Positions 9,404 through 18,375 of a DNA stretch of 64,000 nucleotides are shown piece by piece (position 1 is the first letter of the stretch; each line of letters opens with the position of its first letter). This stretch comes from a virus (lineage: Duplodnaviria; Caudoviricetes): positions 32,001-96,000 of IMG/VR virus record IMGVR_UViG_3300028735_000004; one strand, given 5' to 3'. Position numbers and translations under genes: made by a program. The notes under the pieces are model-generated. The model had not been told where the DNA came from. It did not search any database and saw nothing but the letters and a program-made list of their open reading frames with translations.

Positions 9404-9410
9404 ATTAACC

Positions 9411-11297
9411 TCAGGCTGCTGCTATTGTAGTTACAGTTCCACTTGTTCCTCTATATTTTAAAGCCCCGTCCTCAACATATAAAATTCCTCCGCCAACAGA
9501 ATTCGCAGATGGAACAGTAGTAGCATTAGCAATAAATATTACACCATCTCCAGTTGAAGATGGCATTTGTGTTGAAGTTAAGTTAGATAACAGGCATAAA
9601 GATAATACTCTTTGCCCAGAGACAACTTCCGTAGCTTCAACCATTGTTTCAGTAGTATTATGAAGTTGTATTCTAACACCACCTTTTAATCCAGTTCCAG
9701 TCTTGGCACCACCTCTTAACTGAAGAATTCCGCCGTTATTATTTGAGCCACCAGCAGATTGGGCTTGAACTGTTAAATTAGTTGTTGTTGATGAAGCATC
9801 ATTTTGTTTGATTGTTGGAGATGAAACTGAAGTATTAAACGAAACAGTCGAAACCCCAAAACCAATTTCATTATTAATAACATAAAATGCAGTTTGAGCA
9901 CCAGTTCCAATATAAACGGCACCAGTTGTTGCTCTACCATATAATCTAACATTACTTACTGCATTGCTATATGATGAGTCAGTTCCAATAAATAACTCAT
10001 CGCTCGTATTAGTTTCAAGTATTGGTAAGTCAGCAGAGTTGCTATTATTTCTAGCTCTAATAATTTTAGTATTGTTTGGGGTTCTTATATAACCATCTGT
10101 TGCTGAATTTGGAATAAATTCTAAAGGCGCGCCGAGGGTTGTTTTTCCGTTAGTTACCTTGATATTTTGAGTTGAATTATAAATTAAAGTAGTATCGCCG
10201 GAAACAACGCTGTGAGTAATGCCATAAGTAGAACTGCCTATATATAAAGTACCGGTTGTTGTTACTGTTCCGGATGTAACAAAGGATAATGTATTTGATG
10301 AGGCAGTAAATGTGGCTTTATCTGCACCACCGCCTGCCGCACGCCAATGTTGAACTGCACTGTCTAAATAGACGCCGGTATTATTATTTATGATAACCCA
10401 GGATGGATTTATGCTTAAAAATGAAGATGATGTTGAATAACTGCCGGAAGAAATTTGAACTTCTCCATCCGAACCTCCGCCTACCCCATCTCCAGATTCT
10501 AATACTAAATTACCACCATTAAATGTACTAGCGCCGTCTTGACCGTGTATCTTAAGTATATTTCCAGATCCAGTTAGATGTTGTGGTATATAAATCCAAG
10601 AATTAGATGAATTATTAGCAAATGCAAAATATTGATTAGATGGCTCGCTAAATATCCTTGCAAGTTCAACTGGAGCATCAGGATTTTTAGCAAATAAGAC
10701 ATAACCATCATTTCCGGACCCTGATTTTATTCCAGAAATTAATTTTACAGTACCACCATTAGTATTTCCTGACACTGCATTTGCGGATTCTAAACTGATG
10801 TGTTGACCACCGGCAAATAATGGATAATTAAGTATTCTTGCATCAGATCCTGTAAAAAATTGTGCCGCAGGGAGTCCCCAATACCAAGCACCTCCAGAAC
10901 TAATTCCTGCCCAATATACACCGCTAATACCATACATTATATTAGCACCAGAAGCCTTGGTGTATAAATTTGCAACTGTAGAATCGTCACCTATTGTTAA
11001 ATGATTAGATGTATCCCATTTAAGTAAGGCTGCATCAGAAGCATCTGTTCTTCTGGCCCCAATTAATGTAACATTGGCGCTCTCAAAATTTAATTTACCA
11101 TTAGAAGATGTTGTTCCAGAACCAAATTTTAAATAAGAAGAAGGTATACTGACAACTCCTGATAATCCAGTTAAATTACCAATTGTTGGAGCCGCCGCAG
11201 TAGTACCAGTACCATTAAGATCTCCAGCCAATCTAACTATACCATTAGATATTGTTGTTGCGTCTGCTACTGTTACTGGTGGTAATTTATAAGTCAT
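9411..11297 (-). CDS. Tail fibre protein
   Basis: DATTISNGIVRLAGDL fibre motif, Gly/Ser/Thr-rich, repeated GG-x-L-x-L-x-SG modules, C-terminal GGILYVEDGALKYRG. Confidence 0.8.
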   Translation of the reverse strand: MTYKLPPVTVADATTISNGIVRLAGDLNGTGTTAAAPTIGNLTGLSGVVSIPSSYLKFGSGTTSSNGKLNFESANVTLIGARRTDASDAALLKWDTSNHLTIGDDSTVANLYTKASGANIMYGISGVYWAGISSGGAWYWGLPAAQFFTGSDARILNYPLFAGGQHISLESANAVSGNTNGGTVKLISGIKSGSGNDGYVLFAKNPDAPVELARIFSEPSNQYFAFANNSSNSWIYIPQHLTGSGNILKIHGQDGASTFNGGNLVLESGDGVGGGSDGEVQISSGSYSTSSSFLSINPSWVIINNNTGVYLDSAVQHWRAAGGGADKATFTASSNTLSFVTSGTVTTTGTLYIGSSTYGITHSVVSGDTTLIYNSTQNIKVTNGKTTLGAPLEFIPNSATDGYIRTPNNTKIIRARNNSNSADLPILETNTSDELFIGTDSSYSNAVSNVRLYGRATTGAVYIGTGAQTAFYVINNEIGFGVSTVSFNTSVSSPTIKQNDASSTTTNLTVQAQSAGGSNNNGGILQLRGGAKTGTGLKGGVRIQLHNTTETMVEATEVVSGQRVLSLCLLSNLTSTQMPSSTGDGVIFIANATTVPSANSVGGGILYVEDGALKYRGTSGTVTTIAAA

Positions 11298-11319
11298 AAC
11301 CTATTATAATACCTTTTTA

Positions 11320-11691
11320 TTATCTAATATATCTATGTGTGATAATAATATTTGCTAAAGGTGAAACTCCACATTTTGTACCAGAATAATATAAGCCAGT
11401 TAAATCAGGAGATCCGCTAACTGTCCAAGTACGATAAGTTAATGAACTACAATCGACATCAGTTCCTCTCATAACATAATAAATAATTGGGCCAACATTA
11501 ATATTATCTAAAGGTGATTGAGAATAAGAGGAGTAAAGATCAAAAACAATTGGAGAATATATATCTTGTATTACACTAACTGCATTATCATAAGTTCCTC
11601 TAACAATAGTATAATAACCATCGTATCCTATTGCTGGAGAAACAAAATTAGAAACGCTTAAAAATTCAGATGTAGAACCAAGATCTACCAT
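11320..11691 (-). CDS. Small putative virion protein
   Basis: Within the fibre operon and carries a DGY motif. Confidence 0.55.
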   Translation of the reverse strand: MVDLGSTSEFLSVSNFVSPAIGYDGYYTIVRGTYDNAVSVIQDIYSPIVFDLYSSYSQSPLDNINVGPIIYYVMRGTDVDCSSLTYRTWTVSGSPDLTGLYYSGTKCGVSPLANIIITHRYIR

Positions 11692-11700
11692 TTATTACCT

Positions 11701-13086
11701 TTATGGAACTGGTACGGAAGATCCGTCCCAAGGAGATAACGCAACAGAAGCGGTATTTGCAGAAGTTATAGCAATAAATACAACACTTTGTTTGTTATCA
11801 AAAGTGTCTAATCTGTTGCCAGCGGGTAATATTAACAAATCTCTAATTCTTCCTTTAATAAAATAATCTGCGGCAACACGATAAGCCAAAATGCATTTTT
11901 CTGCAACATATGGTTTAATAGTTGCTGGATAATTAGATAATCTTAAAGGATTAGATAGACCTCCAAGAGAAATCGTAGGACTTCCAGAACTTCCTATACA
12001 ATACATAGTTAATGCAACCCCAGTATCATAAGAAGCTGTATAACCATCTCTGCTACGATTTCCGCACCAAATTAAGCTTGATGCCGAAGTTATATCCGCC
12101 CAAACCAGTGGCCCTGAACCAGAATTAGGATTTAAAGCCGTTATCGTTGATGTTGGGGTGTAATTTGCTTGAGTAACTGCCGGAGATGATAAAATCAATA
12201 TAGCATAAGGATCGACGTCACCCGGTTCAGTATCATCTAATCTAAAAAATCCAAAATTAATACTTTGACCATTTGTTAAAGTATGGGCAAACCACCAGGA
12301 ACCATTGGCCGATGTTCCGGCAGAAGGAACGGCATTGGCGGCACTAAATTGAGAGTTGGTGCCAGCAGGAAGATTGGTTATAAATGTTTGATGATTTACG
12401 CTTCCAGCTGCACCTCTGACAACCATTCCTTTTGATGGAAAACCGTTTCCTGTTCCACCTGCTCCCGGAGGCACCGTAGCTGTACATCCGGCCTGAGTTG
12501 CTAAATAAGAAAATAATTGGGTACTTTCGCCAGATGCATCGGCACATATATAATAAACGGTCCCGGTGGTACTATTCGCAGAATTTTTAGAAAACATAAA
12601 TTCTCGTTTAAATTCTTTATTTGAACTTACTGTAATTGTCGCTCCACTAATAGCACCGGTTAAAGTTCCAGTACCATTAAATGTACCCGTTCTTGGCATC
12701 ACAACTGCCCAACCTTGATTTATTTCAGAATTCCATACATATCCCAATAACTCTCCGGTTGCGCTTGTTCCGGTTTGAGTTACACCCTCTCCTCTTAACG
12801 GAGTTCCAGTTGGTGCTGCATTCATTACAAATTTAAATGTAGACGGGCCTTGCATAACAATCCAGGCGGCAGCGGAAGTAAGACCTGATGGATAAGTATC
12901 ATTTAATGGGTTAGCATTCGTTCCCCAGCTATCATTATTATTAGTTCCAGCAGAAGTTTTTGTTGTTCCGTCGCTATGAGCCACAGTATTCCAACCGGCA
13001 GCTTTCATAACTCTTGTCATCTTCCAAACCATATTGAAATAATTAGTTCCACCCCAATTATAATTTGCTGCTATTGCATTAGCCAT
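11701..13086 (-). CDS. Putative virion/tail structural protein
   Basis: Gly/Thr/Ala-rich 461 aa ORF in the fibre operon. Confidence 0.65.
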   Translation of the reverse strand: MANAIAANYNWGGTNYFNMVWKMTRVMKAAGWNTVAHSDGTTKTSAGTNNNDSWGTNANPLNDTYPSGLTSAAAWIVMQGPSTFKFVMNAAPTGTPLRGEGVTQTGTSATGELLGYVWNSEINQGWAVVMPRTGTFNGTGTLTGAISGATITVSSNKEFKREFMFSKNSANSTTGTVYYICADASGESTQLFSYLATQAGCTATVPPGAGGTGNGFPSKGMVVRGAAGSVNHQTFITNLPAGTNSQFSAANAVPSAGTSANGSWWFAHTLTNGQSINFGFFRLDDTEPGDVDPYAILILSSPAVTQANYTPTSTITALNPNSGSGPLVWADITSASSLIWCGNRSRDGYTASYDTGVALTMYCIGSSGSPTISLGGLSNPLRLSNYPATIKPYVAEKCILAYRVAADYFIKGRIRDLLILPAGNRLDTFDNKQSVVFIAITSANTASVALSPWDGSSVPVP

Positions 13087-13095
13087 TATTCACCT

Positions 13096-14298
13096 TTATA
13101 CAATCATCCATTTTGTTCCATTATATACTAAATTAACCGCAGAATAATTAGTTGAAATAGTATAAGTAGATATGGTATCAATTAACTTGCCATTACCATT
13201 TATGATAATATTATACGCACTTGCACTGCCGTTAGCATCTTTAATTATATAAGATTTGCCAGTGGCGGGAGATGCCGGTAATGTAATAGTAATGCTTGAT
13301 GCTAAAGTACCAACAGATATTATGTAATCTGTTGTAAGAGCGATATAATTCGATGTAACAACTGTGAAGTTCAAAAGATTAACTGGAGTAATAGTTGCAT
13401 CAGCTGCATAAACTTTAATTCTTGACATAGAGCATAATACGCCATCATTGGCGGCTGGAGATACATTCTGTATTCTTATCTGTGTTTCATATTTAGCATT
13501 ATACGCAGGTAAAGAAACTAATACGGTTTTATAATCAGAATATGAAGATGTTGTTGTTAAAGTAGATCCAGACACAACATAACCGTCTGTAATATTATAT
13601 AATCTAATCTCTGCTGTTTGACCAGCAGTTGCCTCAAAAATTACCTCAAATTTAAATGTAGTTCCTATTGGATAATCGGCCGCATTCACTACTACAGAGC
13701 CAATACGCATAAAAGTGTTGGAACCAGTACCGATATTAGAAAAAGTGCCAGAAGAAATATAAAGATACTGATAACCATCTCCTACTGAAAATTGGCTTGT
13801 AAAATCTGATGGCGTCCAGCTTGAACCATCATATTGCAAAAATTGATTTAATGTAGGTGGTGTAGATGATACTGGAGTATTTTGAATTCTAATGACTGTT
13901 TGAGAAGTTAATGTTCCCGATAAATCTCCAGAAAAACTTAGACTTGATGGAGCCCAATTAGTTCCATTATAACTTAATACTTGGCCTATAACTGGAGGTG
14001 TTGCTGAAATTGGATGATTTTGAATGCCAATTACTGTTTGAGAAAATCCACTACTATACAAATCTCCAGCAAAAATAACTCCAGTCGTTTGTAAATTATA
14101 TATTAATTTATCAATAAAATCTAATCTTTCTCTAACTGTACCGTATGTTCCACTTGGTTTAACACCCAATTCTGCTTCAACCGAAATTATGGCATCCCTT
14201 AATTGATTAATAACATCTGCTGTCAAAGAAGTGATATTATTAACAACTTTTGGTAAAGTGGCACTATTATCTATACCTAATGGATAAACGGTTGCCAT
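13096..14298 (-). CDS. Tail fibre protein (paralogue of 14298-16202)
   Basis: Likely start MATVYP at 14298 (TAATG overlap). F(A/S)GDL..QTVI..P..GQVL.YNG..W.P repeats and a C-terminal ITLPASPATGKSYIIKD domain. Confidence 0.8.
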   Translation of the reverse strand: MATVYPLGIDNSATLPKVVNNITSLTADVINQLRDAIISVEAELGVKPSGTYGTVRERLDFIDKLIYNLQTTGVIFAGDLYSSGFSQTVIGIQNHPISATPPVIGQVLSYNGTNWAPSSLSFSGDLSGTLTSQTVIRIQNTPVSSTPPTLNQFLQYDGSSWTPSDFTSQFSVGDGYQYLYISSGTFSNIGTGSNTFMRIGSVVVNAADYPIGTTFKFEVIFEATAGQTAEIRLYNITDGYVVSGSTLTTTSSYSDYKTVLVSLPAYNAKYETQIRIQNVSPAANDGVLCSMSRIKVYAADATITPVNLLNFTVVTSNYIALTTDYIISVGTLASSITITLPASPATGKSYIIKDANGSASAYNIIINGNGKLIDTISTYTISTNYSAVNLVYNGTKWMIV

Positions 14299-16202
14299 TA
14301 TACCACGCTCCATTGGCTTCCGGTATAAACTAATGATACAGAAGCATAATTAACATTTATTATGAAAGTGGCAGACCCATCTATATTTTTGCCGTTTCCA
14401 TCAACAGTAATATTATTTGTTTGAGATCCTCCGGCAGTATCTTTTACATAAATTACTCTTCCTGTTTGTGGTGATGATGGTAAATATATTGTTATAGGTG
14501 CGCCTAAAGTTCCAACTGAAATTAAGTATTCGGTATTTGAAATATTATAATTAGAAGTTGTTGAAACTATATTAACAACTCCGGTTAATGGAGACCAATA
14601 GCCATCTTGATAGATATATAATCCAGATGCAGCATAACCATCTTTTCTAAGATATATAGAACCTTGTTGTGGCGTACCAAAAGGAACTCCGGTACCACTG
14701 CTAATTGTAGGTTGAGGATTAGCAAGACCTCCAACACCAAAATATACAGCGTTTAAATAACCATCTTGTAATCTTGCGCCTTCGACAGATGCGTTAAATA
14801 AAGATACATATCCGTCAGCTCCAGAACCAGTTTTAGCTCCTGATTTTAGATTTAAAGAGCCGCCATTATTATTTGATCCACCTGCACTTTGGGCAAAAAT
14901 ACTAAAATTTGTACCAGATGATGATGAATGAACTTTTTGACCTATACTTGGAGTAGTAACAGCATCGTGAATTTCAATTTGCGGAGTAGAGCCACTTGTT
15001 AAAGGCCAAAACCTTAATACTTCTTGAGCAGACCAATTTAAAAAGTTTAAATAAGCAGAGGTATATATACTTGCACCCTGATATGAATTTAAAGATATAT
15101 TATATCCATCTACTTGAGTAGCCCAACCATAAGATGGGTTATAATCTCCAAATAAAAGAGATCTGGAAGATTGAGAGATAATATTTACTTCACTTGCTAA
15201 AGAAGCGGTAGAAAATCCTTTCCACAAACTTTTAGCAGATCCATAATATTTTGTTTTAATATATCCGTCAGTTGGATATGAAGAAGGATTTCCGTTAAAA
15301 TCTAATAGAATTGCTTTATACGCACCAATGTATTGATTAGTGTTATCAATCTTTAATGTTTTAAGAGAATTATTTGTATCAGCAAAATTTACTGTCCTGG
15401 TTTGAATATATCCGTCATTGGGTGCGGATAAAAATACCTCATACCCAATTATACATGTAGCCCATCCGGTAGATAAATTATCATCACCTATATATAATCC
15501 ACCAACATCATCTTGAGAAATAATATTTGCATTTCCAAAAGCATTAACTCCTCCCCACATAACTTGACGAGAAAAGATATTATCATTTCTCGGGCTTTGA
15601 ATGGCCGGAGTTGTGCCGTCATAGACAACGGTATCACCAGGCAATTGTAATGGATATATTGAAGCCGTTGTTGCCGGAGCCCACTGATAACCATCATATT
15701 TTAAAATTTGATTTAATGTGGGGGACGTTGATGATACGGCAACTCCTTGAAGTTTAACTACGCTTGGATTGGGGTAAGTGCCACCAAGATCTCCACCTGC
15801 AGAGCCTGATGGAGTTGTAGATAAAGTAGTAGGAACCCACTGAGATCCATTATATTGTAAAACCTGACCGTTTGTAGGAGTGGTGGGTGATATTAATTTT
15901 CCCCTCAATCCTATAACAGATTGGAAAGTATCTATGCCAGTTAAATCTCCAGCAAAAGTAATATTAGAGCCGCCGCCGCCTCCACCACCACCTGAAATTG
16001 ATGCTATTAATAATTCCATAGCATCTAATCTATGTCTTACGGTGGTATAAAGACCGGAGGGTTTAACTCCTAATTCACCTTCAATTGCAACAATAGCATC
16101 TCTTAATCTATTAATAATCTCTGCATTAATATTTGTGATACTATCGAATACTATTGGTAATGTAATAGTATCATCTATACTTTGAGGATATACGGTTGCC
16201 AT
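14298..16202 (-). CDS. Tail fibre protein
   Basis: Same N- and C-terminal domains as 13096-14298, AGGDLGGTYPNPSV motif, eight DGY motifs. Confidence 0.82.
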   Translation of the reverse strand: MATVYPQSIDDTITLPIVFDSITNINAEIINRLRDAIVAIEGELGVKPSGLYTTVRHRLDAMELLIASISGGGGGGGGSNITFAGDLTGIDTFQSVIGLRGKLISPTTPTNGQVLQYNGSQWVPTTLSTTPSGSAGGDLGGTYPNPSVVKLQGVAVSSTSPTLNQILKYDGYQWAPATTASIYPLQLPGDTVVYDGTTPAIQSPRNDNIFSRQVMWGGVNAFGNANIISQDDVGGLYIGDDNLSTGWATCIIGYEVFLSAPNDGYIQTRTVNFADTNNSLKTLKIDNTNQYIGAYKAILLDFNGNPSSYPTDGYIKTKYYGSAKSLWKGFSTASLASEVNIISQSSRSLLFGDYNPSYGWATQVDGYNISLNSYQGASIYTSAYLNFLNWSAQEVLRFWPLTSGSTPQIEIHDAVTTPSIGQKVHSSSSGTNFSIFAQSAGGSNNNGGSLNLKSGAKTGSGADGYVSLFNASVEGARLQDGYLNAVYFGVGGLANPQPTISSGTGVPFGTPQQGSIYLRKDGYAASGLYIYQDGYWSPLTGVVNIVSTTSNYNISNTEYLISVGTLGAPITIYLPSSPQTGRVIYVKDTAGGSQTNNITVDGNGKNIDGSATFIINVNYASVSLVYTGSQWSVV

Positions 16203-16259
16203 TTAAACCAAAATTTTAGCAGTACTACATAAATGCCAGAATTTTAGTATGAATAGTAA

Positions 16260-16697
16260 TTAAGATAAAATCATTAATTTTTCAAATTTTTCAATAATAT
16301 CTCGTACTATATCAAATTCTATATTATGTATATAATATCTTCTTCCCATAATCATACGGTTTTGAGAAATATAATATACATCAAAAGAACGAATATTAGG
16401 TTTAGTTAAAAATTGCGACATATCACCGTAAACAGTAGAGTTGGATTGTTTATTAAGAATTCTTATCGGAACAGAAACAGAAATCTTCTCATCAAAATCT
16501 AAATTCTTTTTGCATAACCTTTGAAAATTATTGCTTATTTGATAACAATATCCTAATGTTATTTCATTAACATAAAAATGATCTTTAAGGCGTGTTTCCA
16601 ATAAATCAAATAATATATTTATGTTGCTATTATATAATTTAATAGATTTAATACTGTTAATATATTTTTGTAAATTAATATCTTTATGTATTTGCAT
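16260..16697 (-). CDS. Hypothetical protein
   Basis: AT-rich ORF in the operon orientation. Confidence 0.55.
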   Translation of the reverse strand: MQIHKDINLQKYINSIKSIKLYNSNINILFDLLETRLKDHFYVNEITLGYCYQISNNFQRLCKKNLDFDEKISVSVPIRILNKQSNSTVYGDMSQFLTKPNIRSFDVYYISQNRMIMGRRYYIHNIEFDIVRDIIEKFEKLMILS

Positions 16698-16860
16698 TTA
16701 ATTGATTAAATAAATTAATTAAATTATCTTTAGATATTTCTACGCTATTTACAATTAATTTATTATTAATATTTTTAACACCAATACTAACAATAACCGT
16801 ATCAGATTTATTTGACGGTGATATTTCCAAATAACTTTTATCTTCTAAAACAATTTTCAT
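16684..16860 (-). CDS. Small hypothetical protein missing from the ORF track (MKIVLEDKSYLEISPS...LNANT, 58 aa)
   Basis: Read manually. ATGA overlap with 16857-17042, and it fills the gap exactly. Confidence 0.65.
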   Translation of the reverse strand: MKIVLEDKSYLEISPSNKSDTVIVSIGVKNINNKLIVNSVEISKDNLINLFNQLNANT

Positions 16861-17042
16861 ATCAATGATTTAAATACAACAATTTCTTTATTGTTTTGTT
16901 TTATTTTAATATTTTTAAACTTATTTCTCGGTAAATTAGCGCCGAAGGTTAATGCATCATAAAAATTATCAAAAATAATCCATTCGTTTAATATTGGATG
17001 TTTATTATCTATATATTCAACATCTACTATAAATTTACTCAT
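16857..17042 (-). CDS. Small hypothetical protein
   Basis: Coupled ORF downstream of map. Confidence 0.55.
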   Translation of the reverse strand: MSKFIVDVEYIDNKHPILNEWIIFDNFYDALTFGANLPRNKFKNIKIKQNNKEIVVFKSLI

Positions 17043-17047
17043 AACAC

Positions 17048-17836
17048 TTACCTTGTTAAATTAATTACTTTACCATTTTGATTTATAAAAATAGTATCTT
17101 CAAAATGAGCGCCCACATCTTCAGTATAAACAGTCCATTTATCCGTGTCAATAGTGGTTTTATCGCTCACCGTTTCTGGAACCAATAATGGCTCAATCGC
17201 AAATAACATACCTGCTTGAAATCTTACACCTTCACTTGGCAATGATTTATTAGACACAAATGGATGATCGTGAATTTTATTTCTCGAAATTCCGTGGCCG
17301 CCATATTGTTGTATAACTTTAAAGCCTTCTTTTTGAGCAGTTTTATGTACAGAATATCCAATACTTCCGAGACGCTTGCCTATTTCTATAGCATTAATTG
17401 CATTTAATAAACATTGTTCGGTTGTTTTTATTAATTTTTCGTATTTAGTATTCCCAACACTAAATGTTCTTGCGCTATCAACCATTGCATCTTCAAATGT
17501 TATACCGAAATCAAAAGTTATTATATCTCCGTCATTTAACTTATAATCAGATGGTATTCCGTGCACTAATTGTTTATTAACACTTATACATACTGCTTCA
17601 GGAAAACCTTTATAATTTTTAAAAGTTGGAGAGCATTTTGATTTAGATATTTCATTTTCAACAAATCTACTCATTTCTAATGTTGAAATATTTTCTTTAT
17701 TTTCAACAAAAGATTTTAAAGTATTCATTTGTTTTTTTAACACATCTGCAGCATATGATAATTTTTCTAAAAATATATCTTGCTCCAGAGGCACCACAAA
17801 TGTATCTTTAATTACATTATTTAGAATTTTCATCAA
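17048..17836 (-). CDS. map: Methionine aminopeptidase type I
   Basis: FPEAVCISVNKQLVHGIP, DFG..VDSARTF, GGHGI, FAIEP and HFEDT. The five metal ligands appear to be present. Confidence 0.93.
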   Translation of the reverse strand: MMKILNNVIKDTFVVPLEQDIFLEKLSYAADVLKKQMNTLKSFVENKENISTLEMSRFVENEISKSKCSPTFKNYKGFPEAVCISVNKQLVHGIPSDYKLNDGDIITFDFGITFEDAMVDSARTFSVGNTKYEKLIKTTEQCLLNAINAIEIGKRLGSIGYSVHKTAQKEGFKVIQQYGGHGISRNKIHDHPFVSNKSLPSEGVRFQAGMLFAIEPLLVPETVSDKTTIDTDKWTVYTEDVGAHFEDTIFINQNGKVINLTR

Positions 17837-18089
17837 TAGTTGCTGCTTGAATAAATTTTGCTAATACTTGAGTTGGATCTTCTGTTGAAGTTCTTGACCA
17901 AACTAAAGTTTCTTCAGTTATGGAAGAAACATCCAGATCTAAAACTTCATCGAGAAGCGCCTTATTTAACTCTGATATTTTAGCAACGCATTTATTTTGC
18001 TCTTCTTTGGATAAAGAAACTGATATATCTTCTAAAATTTCTTTTAGAAAAGATCTTATTTGTATTAAAGAAATAATTTTTTCAAACAT
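17817..18089 (-). CDS. Hypothetical protein
   Basis: Coupled small ORF. Confidence 0.55.
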   Translation of the reverse strand: MFEKIISLIQIRSFLKEILEDISVSLSKEEQNKCVAKISELNKALLDEVLDLDVSSITEETLVWSRTSTEDPTQVLAKFIQAATIDENSK

Positions 18090-18090
18090 A

Positions 18091-18318
18091 TTATTTCCTT
18101 ATTATTTGGCCTTGCTCAGATATCTCGTCGTTTTCTCCCATTTTGTGATGAAGATAAATTCTAAGAAGAACCGCATTATATTGCGCTTCTGCAGCTTCAT
18201 TTTGAGCGAGCGCGGTTTTGGCATTTGCTAAAGCTAATTCTCTTTTAACTCTTGCTTGGTCTAAGGCTTTTTTCTCTTCTTCTGTAATTGTTTCTGGCAT
18301 ACTAACTTGATCTGACAT
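18091..18318 (-). CDS. Small helical hypothetical protein
   Basis: GGAGG Shine-Dalgarno upstream. Confidence 0.65.
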   Translation of the reverse strand: MSDQVSMPETITEEEKKALDQARVKRELALANAKTALAQNEAAEAQYNAVLLRIYLHHKMGENDEISEQGQIIRK

Positions 18319-18375
18319 AATTCCTCCGTGATGATTATTTATATATCAATCATCCAAAAGTTTGCTTTAATAAAA

